A stretch of DNA of 61,556 nucleotides, the filler included, from Corallochytrium limacisporum Hawaii (lineage: Eukaryota; Protista; Pluriformea), in assembly GCA_002811645.1 (NCBI GenBank). It is 4 parts of 3 records of this genome, joined end to end, with 100 filler letters (N's around TTAATTAATTAA, not from the genome) between each part and the next. Parts side by side here need not be neighbours in the genome. Positions count along the whole stretch, not along the records: positions 1 to 6,750 come from PDIP01000018.1; positions 6,851 to 13,192 come from PDIP01000018.1; 2 more parts are not named here. The stretch is one strand, 5' to 3'. The notes under the pieces are model-generated. The model worked only from the letters and a program-made list of their open reading frames with translations. It searched no databases and was not told the origin of the DNA. Below, piece by piece: positions 1-9,572 of this stretch. Numbering within the stretch: the first letter of the stretch is position 1; the number at the start of each line of letters is the position of its first letter. Made by a program: the position numbers and the translations under genes.

Positions 1-50
1 AACCCTAACCCTAACCCTAACCCTAACCCTAACCCTAACCCTAACCCTAA
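1..50 (-). repeat. Telomeric repeat (TTAGGG)n, seen as (CCCTAA)n at the contig start
   Basis: About 8 perfect tandem CCCTAA units from base 1, with the C-rich strand on +, as expected for a left chromosome end. Confidence 0.97.
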
Positions 51-1264
51 TGATCTATATATTTCCAAAGTGATCCGGTTAGGCAATTTGAAGACCCTTC
101 CGCCCTGAACGTTTTCTTATCTTATGTGTCAGAGGTTGGGAGTCATGATGCTCAGTTAAGATATTCTGGATGTTCCCTATACCCACTAGCTCTGTGCCTC
201 ACAATTTGTAATATAACCATATTTCTGAACACGTGGTGTTTCGCTTTGGAATGTGTACCGAAAGGATGAAAACGAGGGCGGTTATAAGGTGTGGAGAGGC
301 ATACAGCGAGCGAGCGAGAGTTAAATGTTCTCGTGTGTAGCAATGATGCGAGGATATGCGCAGATCGAGCACACATTGATTGATTCCGTGGGCAGTGTCG
401 TAAACACGGGGGAGTTGAGTCACAATCCCGGGAACCAAATTGGTAAGGAGAAGAATTATACGGGTACAAGGATATCGTCGTGGAATGTGGACAGGGGTGC
501 ATTTTGTGTGGTTGTTCAAGTACCATTTTGATTGTGCTTGGATCAGTTCAAAAGTACGATGGTGGCGTTGATCCTTGGAAGAGAATGGGTTAGTACAGAC
601 GAAACGGAACAAAATCAGTACGAGCAGCACGTATGAACCAATGAAATGTAGATGAAATCAAGGTGCAAAGGGTGTGGGATTTAATCATAGTCAACTGGTA
701 CTATGAAGCGCACATGGAAAGACTGGCTAGTTGTGAACTATAGGATCAGAGGGCGTGAACCCATTACTATCACCATCACTATCACCGACACCATCACTGA
801 CAACGGCACCGTGACCACCTCACAAAATTGTGAGGTCGGCTCAGATCTGTTCGGCCGACTGACACAGTCCATTGGTACAACACGCGGAAAGCAGTTGTTC
901 CCTACCAATATTATGAATAAATCATAGACCAAGTATGGTTATTACCTTACTAGTAGTACCACAGGTAGTTGTTCCTGGTTTGATGATGAGCACGGTCATC
1001 TGTGAGACTAATGATGGCACAAAGAGGGATCCTTGTTGGTCTTTCAAATTTTATATTCTGATTTTCGTCTGTGGTTTTGAATTCTAACTAACAAGATGGG
1101 TGTGCAGGATGGATTACGATCGTAAACGGGACGCCGACTGAACCTCTGGACACTCGTGGATCTCTCGGAGAACAACGCAGACAACCCCAGTGTCGCCCAT
1201 TGGGCGTGACGAATGTTGAACTCGACCAGGGAGGCAACATGGTTTCTGGTGCTCTCCATTCCTT

Positions 1265-2797
1265 TCAGGCGCAGTTGTCAATGACTTGATACCGGTTTTT
1301 GACGCCGTCAACGGGAACCAAGGATTGGCAGTCGGAAACAAGGCCAGCCCTAGGCACCGGGAGGCTCTTGGAGCTCACATCCGCCATGTTGGCTCCGCAG
1401 CTCGTATCCTCCGGCGGAAACTGTTCAGCGAGTTCCGGCGTGCAGACGGTTTGATCAGGAATCCGCCTAATGTCGCATTCATTGTACTCAACGATGACAT
1501 CAGTGCCGGCAATGGAATCTCCCCGACCAGACACACTAGGAGAGATCAGGCTATTCAGGAAAGCGTCGGACCACTCAGCACCAATTACTTTACTGGCTAG
1601 TTCGGCCACTCTCCTGATTTGGCCGGGGGTGGTGACCCAGCCCTGAGCGATCATGGTCGGCATTCCGTATTCAAGGGGGTACGTGGGGTTACGGGCGTCA
1701 CTCGAGATCCAGGCCTGGATGCCAGTGCGGTCCGGTTCATAGACCACATCGCCCGTGAAGTACGTTTCGGCCTCGTACTGTCTGGTCCAAATGGTCACGT
1801 TCAAGACGGCATTGCTGTTGATATAGGGAGTGACTTCGTGCTCAACCGTTTCTGACTCTTCCACGCTCTGACTGGCTCCCTGAGTGGTGGACTGAGCAGC
1901 TGTTTTTGAGAGACCATTCTTGATGCTGCTAGAGACCGACGCACCCATGCCAAAGAAACTAGCTGAAGCTTTGGCACTAACCTCAGTGTCCTTGGTTGTG
2001 GTGGTTGATGTAGAGTAAGAGTTTTCAGCGGACGCACCAGTCGTTTGAGTGATTGTCTGTGAGTACAAGTGCCGCTGATCCACGCACTGAAGTAGAGTGT
2101 TCGGATTAATAAAGGATCTTTGGGTTGGGTTACGATTGCTCTCAAGCTCATTGGCCCGAACGTCCCAAACGCGAGAAGTGGTGTAGTCCACAGTCTGCTG
2201 TCGGCGGTAGTCATAATTCGAAGTCCCGACAACGACCGGGAAGCTGACTGACCAAGGCCTGTAGCCCGGGTCTTTGGGGGCGCAATAGTACTCCGCCCCG
2301 GAAAAGTTGGTGGGTGAAATGTCCTGAAGAGCATTCCACCACGAGTCCCAGTCACCGGCGTTCGCCTCTGTGCGCTCCACATTGAAGGGTGCCATGAGAA
2401 CGGGGCCGGTGACCGCATTAAGTTTGTAGACCATGGATAACCAGGGATCCACTTTACCGTTTGGGGCAAGGTAATACGGGTTGGTGTCTGCATCAACGGG
2501 AGTGACAACAAAGTTTCCGACCTTCTCGCCCATGAATTCCTCAAACTCAGTGCCTTTGTCGGCCACAATCTTGGCCAGGGGGCGCAAGTCAACCATTCCG
2601 TTCATGAGATACATCCAGGTGTTATACTCAGATGGATCAAACAAGTTCAGGCTCCAAAGAGAGTCATTTACGAGCTCGGCTGGAAATTGCGGGCCTTCAC
2701 AGGCTTCTGACTGCCTGCGGGTCTTCTCCACTGGCGCGGCTTGCACAACGGTGATGCCTAGCAAATAGGCAGAAGAGGTTAGCATGTTCAGCTTCAT
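1265..2797 (-). CDS. Secreted aerolysin-family (ETX/MTX2-like) beta-pore-forming protein, 510 aa
   Basis: Signal peptide MKLNMLTSSAYLLGITVVQA followed by an RRQ dibasic site. Central Ser/Thr-rich strands (YSQTITQTT...SYSTSTTTT; SKTAAQSTT...SVEESETVEHEVTP) flank an alternating amphipathic hairpin EVSAKASASFFGMGASVSSSIK, followed by V-x-V-x-I...Y-x-A...FTG strands. This is the aerolysin pore-module pattern. Confidence 0.75.
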   Translation of the reverse strand: MKLNMLTSSAYLLGITVVQAAPVEKTRRQSEACEGPQFPAELVNDSLWSLNLFDPSEYNTWMYLMNGMVDLRPLAKIVADKGTEFEEFMGEKVGNFVVTPVDADTNPYYLAPNGKVDPWLSMVYKLNAVTGPVLMAPFNVERTEANAGDWDSWWNALQDISPTNFSGAEYYCAPKDPGYRPWSVSFPVVVGTSNYDYRRQQTVDYTTSRVWDVRANELESNRNPTQRSFINPNTLLQCVDQRHLYSQTITQTTGASAENSYSTSTTTTKDTEVSAKASASFFGMGASVSSSIKNGLSKTAAQSTTQGASQSVEESETVEHEVTPYINSNAVLNVTIWTRQYEAETYFTGDVVYEPDRTGIQAWISSDARNPTYPLEYGMPTMIAQGWVTTPGQIRRVAELASKVIGAEWSDAFLNSLISPSVSGRGDSIAGTDVIVEYNECDIRRIPDQTVCTPELAEQFPPEDTSCGANMADVSSKSLPVPRAGLVSDCQSLVPVDGVKNRYQVIDNCA

Positions 2798-4710
2798 CTT
2801 GATGTTTTTCTAGTACAAATGACACAAACTCTTCTAGATGAGTTGTTCTTGTATATAAATGATTCATGCTTGACTGCTTGTGGATCTGTTCGGGTCACTT
2901 TAAATACCCTTTGCGCACGTCTTACGAGTGCATCAGTAGACCTCCACAAATATGTATCCGTAATTTGACACGTGTTCGGCGTCACTCTTATCTAAGTGAG
3001 CGTAGTGTTTCAGAAAAGTGTAGCGTAAATTTAGATGCTTGGGAAGGGAGACATTAGTGATGAATCCCACCGAGCCGTAGTGGCGCCGTGATGCAGCCCA
3101 CGCCCTTTCCCCCCCCCTGTACCTCCAGTCCCGTGTCCCCCCTCCCTTTTTCTCCCCCTTCCCCTTTTCGCCAGCTCAGCCTGTGCCCTCCTCCAGTGCG
3201 AGAACCAAACGGGTAGGGGACCGGGTTGCACGTTGGGGTTGCGGCTCACACAATCGTATGTCCAGTCCAAGCGACAGCGGTATATTGTAGGGTATTACGA
3301 AAAATGCCGTAAGCCAATGACAAAGTTGAAAAGGAGTAAGCTAACGGCTGTTAAGGAAGGACTGATGTGAGTTCCCGGGCCCGTAACCGGCAACTCACAG
3401 TCTGTGCTTGGACCCCAATACATCCAAGACTTGGGACCACAAACAATGAATCGAAACTAGAGTTTCGTTCCGGCATTGCAGTGCACTGAATAACTTGTGA
3501 GCCAAGCCACCCACATCCACTGTCCGGTTGCTTGGCAATCTCCTCAGTCTGGTCTTTAAAGTCTGCATGTGTAAATGCCTGATGCGGAGTACCAACTGGA
3601 TGCTGCTATAGGGAATGAATGCAATTCCTCCTTGAGTTCATCTCTGTCGCTCATTGATCAAGACATTAGCAGATCATTGACGTTGTCATCCAGCACCAAT
3701 CCGGTATGGTATTTGTAGGTGTGCCAAAACCACGATAAATTAATGAGGAACGAAGCAGGTGGGAGGGAGGAAAAACCAACCGATATGAACGACGGAGAAC
3801 CGTCCCCAACAAAAGAATGACGGAAAGTGGCCGTTTAAATAACCATACACCGAGAAGCAAAGCATCTGCTGTTCACGAATCGGCCGAACGAGAGCATCAG
3901 CCCATGCGCCAGTACACGATATCCTTGTATGCTGGTATAAACACACTGCTCCTGAATCTACGCACAAAGAAATTAAGGCGAAGTATCTTCGGTATGCACC
4001 TTGACATCGCTACTAGAGTTTCTCAGGAGAGGTGCAATGGAGTCAGAGGATGGGGGTAGTCAGTGAGCATACGGAGGTCGGAGGTGGTCCACGTTCGAGG
4101 TTGGAGAGAATTGATTGATTGACACGCCGTTGACCCTTGAGATTGTTGCGTATCGACTTTGCAGAATCCTTACCCATAGGAAACTTCCCACCAAAGAGCG
4201 AAGCTTTGCGTCACGCTATACCAAAGAACTTCGTTTTTCATTGTTGTGTACAATCCATCAATTACAGGAAAGCGCCAATGAATGCAAAAAATTCCATCAC
4301 GTCTAGTCCGTACGCTGCATTGCCCGGTGAGGTGCATGAACTTGTTGGCAACCTACATGCTGCTCCTTGACTGTCCAATGTGTTATGCCATGCCAAGGAA
4401 CGTCGGTATTTCGTCGTGTGTGAGGCATGAATACCTGCAAAGACGAAGTGCCATAAGTTCCCATCATGTCAAGTTCGTTGAGTAGCATGACACAGCTATT
4501 AGCGGGCCTTGAAATTGAGCAGGGAGGTAGCAAACACGTGGATGGGCCGTCTTACGAGCCTCAGCGTGGTCCCCAGGCTAGTCCGCGCTCGTCGGACTGG
4601 CTAGTAGCCCATAGTTGTCGATGTCATCGAAGCGCAATCGTAACGGATCGGCTCCAGTGGCTGTCCCTCATGCATTAAAGGGAATGTTGTTGGAGTGAAC
4701 GCTGGTCTCA

Positions 4711-5285
4711 GTGAACAGCGATACCCATGATACCTACATCTTAGGCGTGCACAACAATCTGTTATACACCAGAGGGAACCTGCAAGAGTTCTCCAATCTC
4801 CAAACCAGAGACCTGCACGTCAGTTTGATCGACGCACTGTGCCCAAGCCGGAGACTGTGTCCTCCTCCCTGTACTACGACGAAGTCGCGGATGCTTTCCT
4901 GAACAATATCACCACAGTACCGACCTTGCGGATTTCTTGTGGAGTGTCAGAAGCATCCGAAACCGGACTGCCTGTTCCTTGGGCTACCGCTCTTGCAGAG
5001 TTCGTGGAAGAACCCGGAAGTTCTGGGACCTTCGGCACCGGGTGAATTCCGGTCACTGTCTGTATTCTTGTTGGTCGAAGTCACTATCACACAAAACGTA
5101 GTCCCCAACTGTACGGACGGGCCGAAGTCGGTGACGACTACCGTGCGCACAAAGGAACCATGGATGACGATGTCCTCGGTGGCATCACCGTTCCACGGGA
5201 GACCAAGTGGATGGGAGCTAGGCAGACTCTGCGCGTGACCAGCACGTGGATGCAGCAAGTGGGTATGAAAAAGCAAGAGAGATAG
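4711..5285 (+). pseudogene. Possible decayed gene fragment, resembling the C-terminal half of a membrane protein
   Basis: One frame reads PKPETVSSSLYYDEVADAFLNN...SSGTFGTG*IPVTVCILVGRSHYHTKR...MDDDVLGG...KKQER* with a single internal TGA (5043-5045). An upstream protein-like segment (4711-4840) lies in a shifted frame. Confidence 0.25.
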
Positions 5286-6750
5286 GCATCATTACCTCTA
5301 TCAACGAACAACAATTGCCTCAGCAGCTGTGGATTCTCTCTATTTGGTAAGTTAACAAGGTATCCTTTAGTTTTCTCTCCTATGGATTCAGCAGGGCCTT
5401 GTGACTAGAAATATCTCGATTTCGGGACCTGTACTGTGAGACGGTTTTCTTGTTCATATCGATTGATTCGTTGTGTTTGAATTCGCCGTGAATCCAAACT
5501 CTGAGTTATGTATTTAATACCGTTGTCACCGTTCTCAGAGGGTCGGTCTCAGTTAAGATACAAATAGCGGTGGGAGTAAAAACCTTTATCGGTTGTCAAG
5601 CTTTGCACCTTTGATGATATTCCCGAGAAAGGACCGTGGTGGCACGTTCATATAGCTGGTAGCTTTGTTGGTAGCTCTGTATGGATGAACTGATGCGGTG
5701 TATGGAAAATTAGTGTTCACAAATTTCGTCACGGCCGGGCACTCGTCTGAGTTTGGAAATATGAGACTTCATCGGATTCCTTTGATTGACATATCAGCGA
5801 CCTTTGAGATTCTTTTGCGGAGCCATCCTGATTGTTTTATCGGGGAATTCATGGATCGAAATTCTGTTCAATGGGGCTCACTTGGGGTCAGGAGTACCAG
5901 TAGTAGTATTAGTTTGACGCAATCGCGGACCAAACGAGGCTCAGCGGCCGGCTCTGACCCGCCCTGGTCCAAAAACCAAATACCTACTCTACAGCCAGGG
6001 TATGGGACCGCAAACTGGTGCTCTCATCGGCTGGGTCGAACTCTCTGGTACGGGGCTACATTGCAAATGGCGGTAATAGTACTGAGCCCTCTCGTTGAGA
6101 CCGACTTGCGAGCAAGGAAATACTGCCTTCCTCGTCTTCCCAAAAAAAAGTCCCGTTTGAAGAAAAATCGAGTACACGGGCTTCCCGTTTCCGGCTTCTT
6201 TCGTACTATCAGTACTATCAGTACTAGTGTGTCGTCAATGTTCTAGTTAGGCCTTAGGGTTTCGTCCTTTGTGAGTTTGACTTTGGGCCTTGGCACTGTG
6301 GCGAGCAACTTTCTCCACGGACAGGGGAAAAAATTCGGAAAAAGTTCGGGGTTGACCGTTTGGCGCTCTGCGGGATCAATTGAACCTACCGGTGATATGT
6401 TGCAGAGATAAAAATCAGTTGATTGGTGGACCACTTTTTGAACAAGTTATAAAAACACTGCCCGGTTGTCCATGTTACGACAGACATTTCGAACAATTCA
6501 TACGTAACACCGGGAAACAGTGTGGATAGGAGAAATTAGACTATTATTGGTACCACCCTCTGTCTGGTATGTTAGGGTCAAAACTCCGAAAAATTTGACT
6601 CCCGAGGATCTTTTTTAATCTTGATTGTATAATAACTTATATTGATTCCATTCTATTTCATTATATTTTGCTCTTTTTAACAATCATGCACAAATATTTA
6701 AATAGCTGATTCAAACGAAGAGTCCCTGCTACTCTCAAAAAAGGACTATT

Positions 6751-6850
6751 NNNNNNNNNNNNNNNNNNNNNNNNNNNNNNNNNNNNNNNNNNNNTTAATT
6801 AATTAANNNNNNNNNNNNNNNNNNNNNNNNNNNNNNNNNNNNNNNNNNNN
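6751..6850. other. Assembly gap (100 nt) with artificial TTAATTAATTAA six-frame-stop linker
   Basis: N-run with the linker at 6795-6806; same layout at 13193-13292 and 31896-31995. Confidence 0.95.
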
Positions 6851-8129
6851 GGGGGGGGTGGCGAAAAAAAACTTCTCCCACCTGCCTTCAATAGAAAGCG
6901 CCATCTTCTGGATTTTCAGTCTTTCGTGGTAGAACAGAAGGGCCGTGTGCTATGAAGAGTCCTCAGTTCAAACAGGAACCCTTTCCACCGCGGCCGTTCC
7001 GGTGTGACAAAAACAAACAAGTGATGTCGAAGGGTTACTGAATTAGTATGGAGAGGCCCTTGGCATTGCCACCAACAGCCCCCCCCCCCTCTCCCGGGGG
7101 ATGGCGTCAAATCACAATGGTCCCACTCTAGCACCAGGCAGGGCAGCAAATCTTAGGTCCATTTTCCTCATCAATATGTTTCTGTAAAGTCGATACACTA
7201 TGTCGGTACTACCGGGTGGTGCTTCACCTATGCACTGTGTGCTTCTGAACTTGATCGACGTTGTGGATCTCAAAAAAAAAATTGTGTTCATTCCCCGAAA
7301 TTTGAGATCTGTAATAAGGGTTTACAGCCACGCGCAGGAAGAAAAGGGGAGGCCCATTTTTTCTTGCAGTTCCTCGGCCAATTTGGCATAGATCTCCAGA
7401 TGTCCAGGAGCGCGGTTCGTCCTGGGCAGTGAGAAGGCTTTATGAAACTAGTGGGTCCTCTTTGGCAGAAACGACATCCTCAAGCTGCTTGAAGCCAGTA
7501 GAGTAGGTAAAGACTTTTTTCGTGGTACGATGTCACCAACGTTGATTTTACAAATAGTACTGTTTCACCTTGGGCAGGTAAGTGGTGATGATCGCTCCTC
7601 CTTTCTGTCTACCCGCTCGAGGAAGGGAGATTGTGACCCCCGCAAACACATACTTGGTTTGCCTGCCTGTAAACCCACCACACATGTCACGGATACATCG
7701 CTGCGTAGTCTACTTTGCTGGAGGGGGTGTGTGTAACCAGCACCATGCAAGACTCTATCAGTAGCGAAGTTTCTCACCTGATCTAACAATTAAATAGGGT
7801 TGGGTGAATGGGCTTACCTACATCTACCAATTTCCTTTTCATTATGATTGCGATATTTTCGCAGTAGACTCTGATTGAGACTAAAGGTCAGTCAAAAAAG
7901 GTTGCCATCTTTACAAGTGCCCAGCGGGTATGTAGCCCCGCTGTTGTTCGCTTACATGATCGTTAAGGAGGAATACTATTGATATCCTGGGCCCTATCGT
8001 GGACAAAAGACTGTAAAAAATGGATGGTAAGTACCAGGTGTCTCTATTGATTGGTATTTGTAAAGTATGTTTGAAGCTCTCCACGACACAGGTTTAGCAA
8101 CGGCCCCCAGCTGTGTCACCGTCTCAGGC

Positions 8130-8546
8130 TTAATAAACTAGCGTATTCACTTTTTGCAGGAACGTACCTATATTGAGAGGTACCTGTATCGAATCCGTGA
8201 ACCCTGCAACTGCAATCTCGTACGGATCATCATTGGCGTGTGTTACTGCCAATATCGGAGTCGGACTGTTTTGGGAGTCACCGATCTCGTCCACCAACGG
8301 TTTGTCAGGGTGTATATTTCTGTCGGTCAGGTTCGTATCAAGAATAATGAGGTCGTATTTTGAGAAGTTTGCCTTTTGAAGAAGATCTGTACGAGTGGCC
8401 CCAATATCTATATCCGCAGGCTGTATAATACTATTGATGACGGCGTGCAAAATAGTATTGTCAGTTCCAAGAAGGACCTCGAGTGCATGAGTCTGGTCAC
8501 AGAGTGTCACCGGTACGGCAAATATAGCCACCACAACGGATCTCAT
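8130..8546 (-). CDS. Stand-alone, atypical response-regulator receiver (REC/CheY-like) domain protein; start uncertain (ATG 8546 or 8603)
   Basis: REC landmarks appear in order: LEVLLGTDN (beta1, acidic pocket), YDLIILDTNL (phospho-acceptor Asp), TPILAVT (beta4 Thr), AGFTDSIQVP (normally AGxxDYLxKP). Confidence 0.7.
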   Translation of the reverse strand: MRSVVVAIFAVPVTLCDQTHALEVLLGTDNTILHAVINSIIQPADIDIGATRTDLLQKANFSKYDLIILDTNLTDRNIHPDKPLVDEIGDSQNSPTPILAVTHANDDPYEIAVAGFTDSIQVPLNIGTFLQKVNTLVY

Positions 8547-8685
8547 AGTAAGTGTGTTTCTTGCCCTGTCTGTACTTTCAACAGCGTATAGCGCCTGGTA
8601 CATAAATGTCAGATTGCCATGATATGTAGTAGTAGCTCTTTGATTCCTCAGATCCTTCACTTGCTTGGCCTGACAGGTCCTTAAA

Positions 8686-8717
8686 TACCCGCTGAGTTCT
8701 CTACCCGCTGAGTTCTC
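8686..8717. repeat. Perfect 16-bp tandem duplication (TACCCGCTGAGTTCTC x2) upstream of the REC gene
   Basis: Two identical adjacent copies, 8686-8701 and 8702-8717. Confidence 0.85.
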
Positions 8718-9572
8718 TCATCAAAGATCATTTTGGGCGTCTACGATCATTGTGGTGGCAGTAATAGAGGACATAGTAGAGCATATGGAATTTAGAGGTA
8801 ACCCAAAACCTAGAGACTTTCTATAATCCTATGTCCACCGATGTCTACAATTGCGTAGATTCTTGATTCCTCCTCGCCTATCTTCGAACCCACCCTCCCC
8901 CAGCAATACTCTTTGCAAAGCAGTGGGCGTATCACCAATTCAGTTTCGCTTTTCACCATCTGCCGTTTTTCTTTGAGGAATTCTTCCTGTTGCCTCGCAT
9001 AATTTGGTTCATCTTCAATCGGCACGTGTCCCCCGCCAAGTCGCATATTGGGGCAGGGACCATCTCTGAGGAAGGGGAAGAAATACGTAGCCGGTCTTCA
9101 TCCGCCAAGGAAGAAAAAACCTTACACAGCCGGCCTCCCCCCCACCCACACTCCTGAACAATCAGGGCGAGAAATCCTAGATACCAAGCCTTAACCATTC
9201 GGAAAGCCGGTACAAGAACAACTAAGTCAGGGTTTTTGCGTCACCTGGGAATGAGCACGGCATTGATTGTACGATGCGAACTGTGGGCGGCGCGAGGCTT
9301 CCTACATCCCACTCGATATGCTCCGATAGGTAATAGCACAGCCGCCGGTCAGATCCCCCGAACTTCCACGGTCGCAAGTTCAGGGGGGGGGAGGGGGTGG
9401 GTTACTATCCGACGGTTATGAACCTCAAGTGTACGGTACTTACCACCCTTAACCAGCAGTTGCCTTAAACCCACACCCTTTGAGTGAGGAGCCACGATAC
9501 ACTGATTATCGGTATAACCCTTCGACTTTCACATAACATCAAACGCTGTCTATTCGCGATAGAGAATCAGTT

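Noticed and set aside
240-640. RISSWNVDRG near the telomere resembling motif I of an APE/EEP endonuclease (telomeric retroelement relic)
   Set aside because: No following LQE, GDFN or SDH motifs and no RT motifs; the frame is full of stops; a single short match is not enough.
1801-2592. 263-aa alternative-frame ORF inside the toxin gene, and similar nested ORFs inside other genes
   Set aside because: Off-frame by-products of codon bias with non-ATG or weak starts and no recognisable motifs.
5100-5230. MDDDVLGGITVPRET resembling the cytochrome P450 beta-strand after ExxR
   Set aside because: No ExxR, PERF or FxxGxxxCxG found in any nearby frame.
6795-6806. TTAATTAATTAA inside N-runs (also 13237-13248 and 31940-31951) as a biological motif or transposon target site
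   Set aside because: It is identical and centred in 100-nt N blocks and gives stops in all six frames, so it is a scaffolding linker. The 'LIN-stop' ending of ORF 13237..13965 is therefore artificial.
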